Below are positions 30,547 to 41,295 of a stretch of 64,000 bases of DNA, one piece after another. Location: assembly GCA_963843575.1 (NCBI GenBank), contig CAWJKZ010000010.1, positions 192,001 through 256,000 of the forward strand, written 5' to 3'. The translations under genes were made by a program, and so were the position numbers. This DNA comes from an uncultured Acidobacteriota bacterium. Lineage in GTDB: Bacteria; Acidobacteriota; UBA6911. Numbering within the stretch: position 1 is the stretch's first letter; the number at the start of each line of letters is the position of its first letter. The notes beneath the pieces are model-generated. The model did not search any database. It was not told the origin of the DNA and was given only the letters and a program-made list of their open reading frames with translations.

Positions 30547-31653
30547 TCAGGTTTCACTCTCGGGGGGTCGGATGGTGGCGGCGAGGGCGCCCAGAAGGCC
30601 GCCGGTGGCGTTGCACAAGACGTCCGTCATGGAGGAAGAACGGCTGGGGAGGAAGACCTGAACGAGCTCGATGACCAGGCTGATGCAGGCAGAGAACACG
30701 ACCGCGTGCAGGGCGTTCAGCAGCCGTCGGCCGGGTCGGGCCCGGTCGCGGTACAGGTAGTAAAAAAATCCGAACGGGACAAAACCGGCGAGGTTCACCA
30801 CGATGTCCTCGACGTGCGAGACGCCCGTGCTCCAGTCGTCCCATGGCAGCATGAGGATCTCCTTGGCCGGAGCCCGGTAGACTTCCGGGATCGTCAGCGG
30901 CCTGCCCGCCGGGGAGCTGTCGTGCACCGTTCTGCCGCGTCCTTCGCTGAAGAGGTAGAGGCCCGCGATCGACGGGTCAGAGGCGAGTTCCTTTCCCCGG
31001 TACTGCTTCCAGAGCAGGGTGTGCCCCGTAATTTCCTGCGCGGTCAGGGCGCGCGCGAAGAAGGCGACTCCGAACAACTTCCCCCTCCAGCCGGTGACGC
31101 CCGCGGCGCCGGTACCCAGGCACAGTTCTCCGCGAAGGCTGTCGGGGGGCAGGATCCAACCGGGGTAGGCGCGGACCAGGGCGCCGTCCGCGTAGAGACG
31201 CGTTCCATCGGCTCCTGACGTCACGGCGAGCACCCGGCGCGCGCCCTTGTACAATTGCGCGCTCCCGCCCATCTCGCGACGGCCGCGTCCTCCGCTCGAG
31301 TTCGGCACCACGCTGCGGACCAGGAAACCGGTGCGCCACTGCGCGATTATGAGGATTTCCGGGAAACGCCCGTCGTAGAGCGACAGAAACGAACCGAGGT
31401 TCCGGGACGGTTCCTCCTCGGGCTCCAGGTGCAGCTCGAAGGTCACGCCGCCCGCGGCGCTCAGGTCGAAAGCGCGTTCGCCCCGCAGGAGCGCATGCCT
31501 GGCCAGCGAGATCCCGGGCCCCGGGGACAACCACTCCACGCCGTTGCCCGCCACGAATTCGAAGGGCCACCAGCCGGCGACCGCGTAACCGGCGCAAATG
31601 AGGATGCAAACCACCGCCAGACGTGTCCGATCGAGGCGCGATAGGATATTCAC
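30547..31653 (-). CDS. VanZ family membrane protein with a LamG-like domain
   Basis: RLYADG/ARALT LamG features; C-terminal DIVVNLAGFVPFG...IELVQVFLPSRSSSMTDVLCN. Confidence 0.82.
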   Translation of the reverse strand: MNILSRLDRTRLAVVCILICAGYAVAGWWPFEFVAGNGVEWLSPGPGISLARHALLRGERAFDLSAAGGVTFELHLEPEEEPSRNLGSFLSLYDGRFPEILIIAQWRTGFLVRSVVPNSSGGRGRREMGGSAQLYKGARRVLAVTSGADGTRLYADGALVRAYPGWILPPDSLRGELCLGTGAAGVTGWRGKLFGVAFFARALTAQEITGHTLLWKQYRGKELASDPSIAGLYLFSEGRGRTVHDSSPAGRPLTIPEVYRAPAKEILMLPWDDWSTGVSHVEDIVVNLAGFVPFGFFYYLYRDRARPGRRLLNALHAVVFSACISLVIELVQVFLPSRSSSMTDVLCNATGGLLGALAATIRPPESET

Positions 31654-31789
31654 CGCAGAAGCTTGCCACGAATGGACCGGAAACAGGCAAGTTTTTGTGG
31701 GGGTCGGCCCCGGCCTGCGGCACGCTGCCGATTTTGACGGTTTCACGCGGATTAACTGATGTAACTTACTGGGCTAATCGGAGGTGATT

Positions 31790-32608
31790 ATGAAGCGGAG
31801 AGAGTTTCTGATCGCGGCGGGAGCGGCGACCGTGGCGGGCGGAGGACTGACGGGCCGCGGCGAGGCTGCAGAGAAGAGCCACCCCTTCGCCTTGGGGATG
31901 GCTTCGTATACGTTCCGGGAGTTCCCCACGGACAAGGCAATCGAGATGACGGTGCGATTGGGCCTCAAGAAGATCGCCTTCAAGGATTTTCACCTGAAGC
32001 TCGACAGCACCCCGGACCTGATCTCGGCCACTGTCGCCAAGGTGAAGGCCGCAGGACTCGACCTTTACGGCGGCGGCGTGATTTACATGAGGAACGAAGC
32101 GGAAGTGAACAACGCGTTCGAGTACGCAAAGCGGGCGGGGATGCGCATCATCATCGGCGTCCCCAATCACGACCTGCTTCCGCTGGTCAACCGCAAGGTC
32201 CAGGAATACGACATCCGGGTCGCGATCCACAATCACGGCCCGGGGGACAAAGTCTACCCGACGCCGCAGAGCGCCCATGAGAAGATAGCGTCGCTGGACC
32301 GGCGGCTCGGGCTGTGCATCGACGTCGGCCACACGATGCGCTCCGGCATCGACCCCTCGGAGCCCGCACTGAAGTACGCCGACCGCCTGATGGACGTCCA
32401 CATCAAGGACTGCACAGCAGCCAGGGCCGAGGGAGAGACGGTCGAGATCGGCCGCGGGGTCATCGACATACCGAAATTCCTCCGCACCCTGCAGAAGATC
32501 AACTACTCGGGGTCTGTGTCGCTGGAGTACGAGAAGGATGCCAAGGACCCCCTGCCGGGGGCAGCCGAATCCATAGGATACCTGCGCGGCGTCCTGCGCA
32601 CCCTGTGA
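31790..32608 (+). CDS. Sugar phosphate isomerase/epimerase family (Tat-exported)
   Basis: KRREFL, GMASYTFR, AIHNHGP, CIDVGH, VHIKD, LEYE. Confidence 0.88.
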   Translation: MKRREFLIAAGAATVAGGGLTGRGEAAEKSHPFALGMASYTFREFPTDKAIEMTVRLGLKKIAFKDFHLKLDSTPDLISATVAKVKAAGLDLYGGGVIYMRNEAEVNNAFEYAKRAGMRIIIGVPNHDLLPLVNRKVQEYDIRVAIHNHGPGDKVYPTPQSAHEKIASLDRRLGLCIDVGHTMRSGIDPSEPALKYADRLMDVHIKDCTAARAEGETVEIGRGVIDIPKFLRTLQKINYSGSVSLEYEKDAKDPLPGAAESIGYLRGVLRTL

Positions 32609-32638
32609 GCGTCAAAGCAGCCCGGGATAGGGGGCAAT

Positions 32639-34937
32639 ATGCGTCAGCGCATGGCGATCTCCTCCTTGTGGGCCCAGGCCGCGCTGCTGACCTTCGTTAT
32701 CGGCTTCGCGATCCTGGGGTATCTGGCCTACCGAGTCCAATGGGATTACCCGCCGGTTCCTACCCAGGTACGGCTGACCGGCGGGACCACGGTCTTCACC
32801 GGCGCGGACATCATGGCCGGTCAGCACCTGTTCCAGAAATACGGACTCATGCAGTTCGGCTCCATCTTCGGCCACGGCGCCTACCTGGGACCCGACTTCA
32901 CGGCCCAGTACCTGCACCGTGCTGCGGTAGCGATGCTTCACCACCTCGCGGCCGGAGATCCACCCGGACCCGAGGTGCGCGCCCGGGTTGAGCGCGAGCT
33001 CAAGGCGAACCGGTACGACCCGCTGAGCGGGGCTCTCGAATACACCGAGGCGCAGGCGGTGGCATTCGGCGAACTGACGGCATTCTACGGCGATTTCTTC
33101 GGCGACGCGTCGCGCCAGACCGGTCCGACGCGCGTTCAGCATCGTCGACCCGCAGGACGTCAGGCGGCTGACCGCCTACTTCGCCTGGTCGGCCTGGGTT
33201 GCGACGGCACGACGGCCCGGGCTACCCTACTCCTATACGAACAACTGGCCGCCGGAGCCGCTGGCCGGCAACGCGCCCGACGGCCGACGCGTTCCTCTGG
33301 AGCGTCCTGAGCCTGATCACCCTGCTCGGCGGCACCGGCGCCGTCCTGTTCGTCGTCGGGCGCTACGACCTGCTGGGCTGGCATCGCGCCGACGAGGAGG
33401 AGCCGGGCCGCAGCATCGCTTTCCGGCCGCCGGAGGAGGTCCGCCTGACCCCGTCACAGCGGGCCACGGCCTGGTACTTCCTGGTGATCGCCGGGCTGTT
33501 CCTGCTGCAGGGGCTGCTTGGCGGCGTCAACGCCCACTACCACGTCGAACCGAGCGGTTTCTACGGCGTCGACATCGGCCGCTGGCTGCCGTACAACCTG
33601 TCGCGCATGTGGCACCTGCAGCTGGCGCTGTTCTTCGTCGCCGCCAGCTTCCTGGCCATGGGAATCTTCATCGCCCCGATGATCGCCCGCCGCGAGCCGA
33701 AGCACCAGGACAAGCTTGCGCATCGCCCTGTTCGGCGCAGTGGTCGTGGTCGTCGTCGGGAGCCTGCTGGGCGAGGCTGCCAGCCTCAAGGACTACATCC
33801 CCACCGCGGCCCTTGGTTCTGGATCGGCGCCCAGGGCTGGGAGTACCTCGATCTCGGGCGGCTCTGGCAGATCCTGCTGATGGTCGGCATGGTCTTCTGG
33901 GTCGTGATCCTCGTGCGCGGACTGTGGCATCGGCTGGCCGGCGAACACCCGGGCAATCTGCCTTACCTGTTCCTCTACAGCGCGCTCTCGATCCCGCTCT
34001 TCTATGCCGTGGGCATGGCCTTCGGCAAGAACGCCAACTTCGCCGTGATGGACTTCTGGCGGTTCTGGGTCGTTCACCTCTGGGTCGAGGATTTCCTGGA
34101 ACTGTTCACCACCATCATGGTGGCGTACATCTTCGTGCTGCTGGGCGTCGTTCGCCCGCCACGGCCACGCGAGTCGTCTATCTCGACATCATCCTCTATT
34201 CCATCGGCGGCGTGATCGGCACGATGCACCACCTGTACTTCAGCGGCGCCCCGGCCATTCACATGGCATTGGGGGCGTTCTTCTCCGCCATGGAAGTGAT
34301 CCCGCTGGTGCTGCTGACCTTCGAGGCCTGGCGCTTCATGCGGCTGGGCGGCCAGCCGCACCGGCAGCTCCGTCCTCGGGACACCGTCGCAGCCGACTTC
34401 CCGCACAAGTGGGCCGTGATGTTCCTGATCGCCGTCGGCTTCTGGAACTTCTTCGGGGCCGGGGTGTTCGGCTTCCTCATCAACCTGCCCATCGTGAGCT
34501 ACTACGAGATCGGCACCGCGTTCACCGCCAATCACGCCCACGGGGCGATGATGGGCGTGTACGGCATGTTGGCCATCGGCTTCTTCATGTTCGTCGCCCG
34601 ATACTTCATCCCGCCCGACCGGCGCAGCGAGCGGGCCATGAAGGTCTCGTTCTGGAGCCTGAACATCGGCCTGGCCTTGATGGTGCTCGTCAACCTGATT
34701 CCGCTCGGGCGCGCTGCAACTCTACGACAGCTTCTCAGAACGGCTACTGGCACGCCCGCGAGCCGGAGTTCTTCCAGCAGCCGGAGGTGCGGCTGATCGA
34801 GTGGCTGCGCATGCCCGGCGACGTGCTGTTCATCGTCGGCGGGATCCTGCCGGTCGTTTACCTGGCGGTGAGGATGTTCCGGCAACCGCAAGCGGCGCGA
34901 ACCGGTGGAGGAGCCCGAGCGGTTGACTGCCGGTTGA
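32639..34937 (+). CDS. norB: Quinol-dependent nitric oxide reductase (qNor), broken by at least 7 frameshifts
   Basis: Collinear motifs across frames: GHGAYLGPDFTA, YTNNWPPEP, NAHY, WHLQL, QGWEYLDLGRLWQ, VVHLWVEDFLE, GTMHHLYF, NHAHGAMMGVYG, EWLRMPGD. Confidence 0.88.
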
Positions 34938-35009
34938 TCCGGCGAGGCGCCTGGTGTTTCGGCTCTCGGGCGTTTGCGGCAAGCGGCGCCGAGGCGCCGC
35001 ACTCCAGGG
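34931..35009 (+). repeat. REP/MITE family element, copy C (degenerate)
   Basis: aagcggcgccgaggcgccgcactccag core at 34981-35007; between convergent genes. Confidence 0.8.
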
Positions 35010-36433
35010 TCAGAACGACAGCAGGCACTGCCAGGCATACATGTTGGCGAGCGCGTCGGTGCTTTGCCAGATGCGGCGAACGATGGTCTTCGTCTCCCTG
35101 GATGGGGGGGAGCGTGCGCACCTTCTCCTCCCAGGGGATGCAGACGCCGGCCGCCTGAGAGTGACGCTCCGGGCGGCAGACAGCGTCGCCCGGGAGCGGC
35201 GCGGGTGCGCTCCATTCGGTCGGTGCCGACGAGTAGACGCCGTACTCGCGGACGGCTTCGGTCAGGGCGCGCAGGTTGTCCGGATTGGTGTCGTTCTGCA
35301 TTATGGCGCTCGCGTCGGCGATGTAGCCGCCGTCGCGCGCGACCCCGTCGATCACCTTCCGGCAATGATCGCGCACCTGCTCGGGTGTGCCGAAACTGAG
35401 CAGCACATTCGGGATGCCGCCGCTGAGGCAGAACTTGTGGCCGATCCTGCGGTGGGCCTCGAAGATGTCCCCCTTGTCGACGTGGAACACGATGCTGCGG
35501 TCGGGGAGCTCGGCGAAGCTGTCGAGGTGGTCGTTCCAGTTCCCCTCGGCGTAGAAGAGCGTCTGGTGGCCGTGCGCCCAGAGTTCCTCGATGATCGGCT
35601 TCAGCGTGGGCCAGTAATGCGACGCGAATTGGCCCGGCGTGACGAACGGCACGCAGCCGCGGTGCATCCAGAAACCGACCGGGACTTGCCTGTCGGGATC
35701 GGCGCTGCTCAGCGCGACGTGCAGCAGGTGCGGGGCCAGCGCCTCGCAGGCCGCCAGCACTTTCCCGGGGCGTTCGACCATGTCCATGGTCAGGCCCAGA
35801 AACCCGCGCAGCTTGTCGCCGATGATGTCGAACGGGGCCTTGAGAATCCCGGAGATCGCGGAGACGGTGCCGGACTCCGAACGGAGTCGCGCGGCCTGCG
35901 GGCCGAAGGCGTTGAAGTACTGCATCATGGCCATGCCGCCGCGCAGGAACGAGAGGTTGTTGCGATACGTGTTCGGGCTGCCCGGGCCGCACGACGTCGG
36001 CCGACACGCGGGGGAGCCAGACGTTGAGGAGGAAGGCGGTCGGGTCGTCGATGAGCTGGTCGTACTCGTCGGCCCGCATCCACGACTCGTCCATGGCGGG
36101 CTCCCGGTACTGGAACCCGGTGTCGGCCGGGATGTGGATGCCGGGAACCCCGTAGTATTTCAGGCCGATCGCCTCGGTGAGTCCCGTCCAGACATACACC
36201 ATGTTCGAGACCACCGCGTCCCAGTCGTAATCCGCCGCGCACCTGCGTGCGGCGGCGAAGGCGAGCTCGTAGTCGTGCGTGACCTGCTGCGCCGTGTAGC
36301 CCGCGTACCGCGCGGTGAACTCCGCAACGAACGGGCGGATGGGGACGCAGTCCGGCTTCCCGTTGTTCATCGCCGTGACATAGCGACGCAACCGCTCCTG
36401 ATACAGCCCTTCCATCACCACGCTCCCGTCCAT
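35010..36433 (-). CDS. Uroporphyrinogen decarboxylase (URO-D/CIMS-like) family protein, frameshifted near 35970 and 35080
   Basis: RYVTAMNNGKPDCVP, WMHRGC, YWPTLKP, FCLSGGIP, GTPEQVRDHC, DGGYI; C-terminus ANMYAWQCLLSF stop. Confidence 0.82.
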
Positions 36434-36649
36434 AGGCAACACCTCGCGCCAGTTTCGTCCGCAGTCTGGAAGTGCGGCTTGTCAGAACTTTATACGCGTC
36501 TTGAGCGGAAAACGCCAACGGGCTGACGAGTGAGGCGAGGCACGGCCAGTCTCGTCGCTTGCTCGAGGCGAGGACTTGAACTAATCCTGCGTTTCGAAGG
36601 GCTCGAGAGAATCTCGAAGCCCAGCTCGCTGCTGGCGCCGCCCGCGCAG

Positions 36650-37111
36650 TCATCGTCTGGGTGGGGTGATGGAGGCGTGATAATGCCAGACACGCCACTG
36701 GCCGTCATTCTTGCGCCACAGGATCGAGGCGCGGCCGGTGATGTCGCGGCTGTCCCCGGCCTTGTTCACCTGGGTTTGCACCCAGCGTCCGGTTTGCAGG
36801 GCGTTGTCCCCAAACTGGACGATGCGCATGTCATCCAGGAAGTCAAACTTCGTAATGCTGAAGTTGGTCACCGCGGCGGTCCAGACCCTCTTGAGACGGT
36901 CGAAGCCCGAAAGTGGACCTTCGTTGATATCGTAGTAGACGTTGGCCGGGCTCTTTTCGAACATCTCGTCGAGGATAGCCAAGTCCTTCGAGACGATCGC
37001 CGTGGTGAACCGTTTCGTTTTCGCACGGATTTCCGCCTCGACATCCTGCGCCGGCGCGCTGGCGCAGGGGAGGAACACAGCCAGAGTCAATACGGCCAGC
37101 CGAACCCTCAT
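36650..37111 (-). CDS. Exported NTF2/SnoaL-like (DUF4440) protein
   Basis: GGAGGGG RBS, signal peptide, C-terminal WRKNDGQWRVWHYHAS. Confidence 0.82.
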   Translation of the reverse strand: MRVRLAVLTLAVFLPCASAPAQDVEAEIRAKTKRFTTAIVSKDLAILDEMFEKSPANVYYDINEGPLSGFDRLKRVWTAAVTNFSITKFDFLDDMRIVQFGDNALQTGRWVQTQVNKAGDSRDITGRASILWRKNDGQWRVWHYHASITPPRR

Positions 37112-37202
37112 TTCCCCTCCTTGTCGTGTTGATCACACCCGCTTACGACAGGTTACACGAAATATTGTCGTATGCTAAGATTTCGGCAGTCTCGGGGAAA
37201 AG

Positions 37203-39842
37203 ATGTTGGCTCAACGATCCTTTGCGCATTACCGCATTGTGGCGAAGGTCGGGGCAGGCGGGATGGGGGAGGTCTTCCGTGCGACCGACACGCGACTGAA
37301 CCGCGACGTGGCCCTGAAGCTCTTGACGGGTCCGCTCGCCGAGGATCCCGCGCGCATGGCCCGTTTCGAACGGGAGGCGCAGGTCCTGGCGTCCCTTAAT
37401 CACCCGAACATCGCCGCCATCTACGGGCTCGAGGAAGCCGGCGGCACGCGCGCGCTGGCGATGGAGATGGTGGAAGGGCCCACCCTCGCGGACCGGATCG
37501 CGGCCGGTCCGGTGCCGCTCCTGGACGCGCTGGACATCGCCGCTCAGATCGCCGAGGCGCTCGAATACGCGCACGACCGGGGCATCGTACACCGCGACCT
37601 CAAGCCGGGAAATGTAAAGATCTCCAACGAGGGGATGGTGAAGGTGCTCGACTTTGGGCTCGCCAAGGCCGCCGAACCTTCGCTCCTGACGGGGGATCCC
37701 ATGAAGTCCCCGACCATCACGCTCCCGATCAGCCACATCGGCCTGATCATGGGGACGGCCGCCTACATGAGCCCTGAGCAGGCGAGCGGGCGCCCGGTGG
37801 ACAAGCGGAGCGATATCTGGTCGTTCGGCGTCGTCCTCTGGGAGCTGCTGACCGGGGAGCGGCTGTTCGACGGCGAGACCGTGTCGCACACCCTGGCCGA
37901 CATCCTGCGGGCCGAAATCGACCTGAGCAGGTTGCCGAGGCAGACGCCCGGAAGGGTGAGGACGCTGCTGGCGCGCTGCCTGGACCGCAACGTCAGGACG
38001 CGGCTGCGTGACATCGGCGAAGCCCGCATCGTCCTCGACGATCTCCTCGCAAATCCCGCGTCGGCTGCGGAGCCGGCGGAGGAGGCCCCGCGGCCGGCAC
38101 GGTCGATGTTCTGGCGGCTTCTGCCGTGGGCCGCGGCGCTGCTCCTGCTGGCCACGGCGGTGGGACTGGCCCTCTATCCGTATCGCGGCCGACGCACCGC
38201 GTCCTACCCCGTCCGGTTTGTCGTCCCGCAACCCCCGAAGGCAGTTGTGCGAGCCCAGGACATGCCGGTAATCTCGCCCGACGGGCAGACACTGGCATTC
38301 ACCGCCATCCACCCCAACGGCGACGCCTTGCTCTGGCTGCGCCCGCTGAACTCGCTCGAGGCGCGGCCGGTGCCCGGCACGGAAGCCGCCTACTTCCCCT
38401 TCTGGTCACCCGACAGCCGGGCGGTCGCATTTTTCTCGGGATCGAGGCTGAAGAAGGTGCAGGTGGCGGGCGGGGCGCCCGTCACCCTGTGCGAGGATCT
38501 CATGGCCTTGGGAATGGGCGGCACATGGAGCCGCGAGTCGGGGATCGTCATCGGCATCGAGGGGGGACCGCTGCAGCGTGTGACCGACTCGGGAGAAGCC
38601 GTCCCGCTGTTCAAGCTGGACCGGGGGCGCAACGAGACGTCGCAGATCTGGCCGCAGTTTCTACCCGACGGCCGATCCTTTCTCTACGTTTCCCGCAGCA
38701 CCAAGCCGGGCGCCATGGGCGTCTACACGGGCTCGATCGGAATGGACCGAACCAGGCAGCTGATGGGAGGAGAGACCGTTCCGTGGTTCGCACCGCCCGC
38801 ACACCTCCTGTTCACGCGTCAGCAGACACTTCTGGCGCAACCGTTCGACCCGCGCAAACTCGAGCTTTCCGGCGAGCCGTTTCTCGTGGCCGAAGGGGTG
38901 GGACGGATCATAGAGACACACGGGTCGCTCTACTCCGCCTCGCAGAACGGCACCATCGTCTACCGCGGCAGCAGCTCGCCGGGACAACAGATCGCGGCCT
39001 ACACGCGAGAGGGGCGATTCGTCTCCGCCATCGGTACCCCCGGGCTGATCCGGCAGATCGCGCTGTCGCCGGAGCAGAAGCGACTGGTAATGGAGCGGCT
39101 CGACACCAAGACGCGGACCTGGGATCTGTGGCTGTTTGAGTTGGAGGGCGGCATCTTGTCGCGACTGACTTTCGACCCTCTGAACGATTCCGATCCGGTA
39201 TGGTCCCCCGACAGCCGCAGGATCGCGTTCAACTCCGATCGCAACGGGGCGTTCGACCTATTCAGCAAGGAGATAGGCGGTATAGACGAGGCGCTGCTCC
39301 TGCGCTCGGCGGGCAAGAAAGTGCCGGAGGAGTGGCTGAAGGATGACACCATCTTGTTCGGGGACCAGGCCGGGCGACAGTATTTCCGGCTGGCGCTCGG
39401 CGGCCCGCGGGAGCCAGTGGAGCTACTGCACTCGGAATTCACGCACGACGAGCTGCACGTGTCAGCCGACCAGAAAACCGTGGCCTACGGCTCGATCGAA
39501 TCCGGGAGGTGGGAAGTCTACGTCGCGTCCTACCCCGGATGGACCAACAAACGTCAGGTCTCCAACAACGGCGGCGGACAGCCGCGCTGGAGAAACGACG
39601 GCAGGGAGCTTTATTACCTCAGCCCCGACGGCAGGATGATGGCCGTCGACGTGCGCGCCGGGACACGCATCGAAACTGGACCTCCCCGCGTGCTGTTTCA
39701 GACGCGCCTTCGGCCGGGCGCAACCATGGAGCAGTACGCCGTCACGGACGACGGCAACCGGTTCTTCCTCGTGGAGTCTATCCTGGAAGGCGATCAACCC
39801 ATGATCGTGCTATTGAACTGGACCGGGGGCGAATCCAGATAA
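37203..39842 (+). CDS. Ser/Thr protein kinase with TM and TolB/PD40 beta-propeller
   Basis: GAGGMGEV, VALK, HRDLKPGN, DFGLAK, YMSPEQ; C-terminal WSPD repeats. Confidence 0.93.
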   Translation: MLAQRSFAHYRIVAKVGAGGMGEVFRATDTRLNRDVALKLLTGPLAEDPARMARFEREAQVLASLNHPNIAAIYGLEEAGGTRALAMEMVEGPTLADRIAAGPVPLLDALDIAAQIAEALEYAHDRGIVHRDLKPGNVKISNEGMVKVLDFGLAKAAEPSLLTGDPMKSPTITLPISHIGLIMGTAAYMSPEQASGRPVDKRSDIWSFGVVLWELLTGERLFDGETVSHTLADILRAEIDLSRLPRQTPGRVRTLLARCLDRNVRTRLRDIGEARIVLDDLLANPASAAEPAEEAPRPARSMFWRLLPWAAALLLLATAVGLALYPYRGRRTASYPVRFVVPQPPKAVVRAQDMPVISPDGQTLAFTAIHPNGDALLWLRPLNSLEARPVPGTEAAYFPFWSPDSRAVAFFSGSRLKKVQVAGGAPVTLCEDLMALGMGGTWSRESGIVIGIEGGPLQRVTDSGEAVPLFKLDRGRNETSQIWPQFLPDGRSFLYVSRSTKPGAMGVYTGSIGMDRTRQLMGGETVPWFAPPAHLLFTRQQTLLAQPFDPRKLELSGEPFLVAEGVGRIIETHGSLYSASQNGTIVYRGSSSPGQQIAAYTREGRFVSAIGTPGLIRQIALSPEQKRLVMERLDTKTRTWDLWLFELEGGILSRLTFDPLNDSDPVWSPDSRRIAFNSDRNGAFDLFSKEIGGIDEALLLRSAGKKVPEEWLKDDTILFGDQAGRQYFRLALGGPREPVELLHSEFTHDELHVSADQKTVAYGSIESGRWEVYVASYPGWTNKRQVSNNGGGQPRWRNDGRELYYLSPDGRMMAVDVRAGTRIETGPPRVLFQTRLRPGATMEQYAVTDDGNRFFLVESILEGDQPMIVLLNWTGGESR

Positions 39843-40010
39843 TCCGGACGAACTGAAAACCCGGAGTGCGGCCCCTCGGCCCCTCGGCCTCGCTTTCACT
39901 TACGTCCTACGGCCGGAATGCCCAGCGCCTCGCCGAATTGCGAGATGCGACCGTGCAACCCCGACCTGCGGTGGCGGCGAGCCGCCACACTTCAAAATCA
40001 ACCATCAGCC
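39841..40010 (-). repeat. REP/MITE family element, copy F (reverse orientation, degenerate)
   Basis: Reverse complement shares ggttgatt..., ggtcgcatctcgcaattcggcg, gcattccggccgtaggacg and the tail ttcagttcgtccggatt with copy B. Confidence 0.8.
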
Positions 40011-40029
40011 CGGCCCCACATGGTCGACC

Positions 40030-40058
40030 TTGAAATGCCCGCGGGGGGTGGCTAAGCT
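40030..40058 (+). promoter_or_regulatory. Putative sigma70 promoter for the kinase gene
   Basis: TTGAAA-17 nt-TAAGCT upstream of the start at 40086. Confidence 0.45.
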
Positions 40059-40085
40059 TCACCTATAGCGCTGCGGGGAACCTGA

Positions 40086-41244
40086 TTGCACAACCGGGTA
40101 GACAACACAATTTCGCACTACCGAATCCTTGAGAAGCTCGGCGCCGGAGGCATGGGCGACGTGTACAAGGCGGAGGACACGCGCCTGGGCCGCTACGTCG
40201 CCCTCAAATTATTGCCCTCCGACGCGCCTGCGGATCCGCAGGCGCTGGAGCGTTTTCGGAGGGAGGCACGCGCGGTGTCGGCCCTCAACCACTCCGGCAT
40301 CTGCACGCTCTATGACATCGACGAACACGACGGACGCCCCCTGATCGTCATGGAGTATCTCGAAGGGGACACGCTGCAGCACCGGATCGGCGGAAAACCG
40401 ATCCGATCCGACGAGTTGATCGACATCGCCATCCAGATCGCGGACGCGCTCGACGCTGCCCACTCGAGCGGCATCATCCACCGCGACATCAAGCCCGCGA
40501 ACATCTTCCTGACCCGGCGCGGCCAGGCCAAGATCCTGGATTTCGGATTGGCGAAGGCGGCAAGCGAAATGGCGCAGCCGCAGGATCCCTCGGGTGCGAC
40601 GGCGGTGACCTCAGGCGATACGCTCACCCGCTCCGGGGCCACGATGGGGACTGTCGCCTACATGTCGCCCGAGCAGGCCCGCGGCGAGGAGCTCGACGCC
40701 GCGAACGGACCTGTTCTCCTTCGGGGTTGTCCTCTACGAGATGTCGACCGGCTGCATGGCCTTTCCCGGCGCGACCTCGGCGGTGGTGTTCGACGCAATC
40801 CTGAACCGGGCTCCGGTGCCGCCGCTGAGGTTGAATCCGGGACTGCCGGCCGAGCTGGAGCGGATCATCGACAGACTGCTCGAAAAAGACCGCGAGGTGC
40901 GCTACCAGACCGCGTCCGATCTGCGGGCCGACCTCAAGCGCTTGAAGCGCGACTCGGAACCCCGCCGCTCGACCGCGGCACGGGCAGTCTCTTCGGCGCG
41001 GGACGGAGCACCTTTCGGTGTCCTGCGGAAGTGGGGTGTCGTGGCCTTGCTCCTGGTGGCAGCCATCGCGACCGCCTCGTTCTATTACTTCGGCCGCGCC
41101 CGCGCCTTCACCGAGAAAGACGTGATCCTGCTGACGGACTTCGTGAACACCACCGGCGATCCCATTTTCGACGGCACCCTGAAGCAGGCGCTGGCCGTGG
41201 GCCTCGAGCAGTCGATTGAACTTTTTCGTGCGGGCGGCGTCTAA
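40086..41244 (+). pseudogene. Ser/Thr protein kinase, frameshifted near 40700 and C-terminally truncated
   Basis: Kinase motifs to [13 protein letters not shown]; [12 protein letters not shown] continues in another frame; TM, then stops just after [26 protein letters not shown] where homologs continue into TPRs. Confidence 0.75.
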
Positions 41245-41295
41245 CAGACAAGGGGTATTGTCGACGAAGTATTCGCGGCTCTCCAGGAGCAGATC

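Noticed and set aside
32639-34937. Possible NO dismutase (Nod)
   Set aside because: The HH ligand pair, catalytic Glu residues and quinol-site His/Asp are intact, which fits a conventional qNor.
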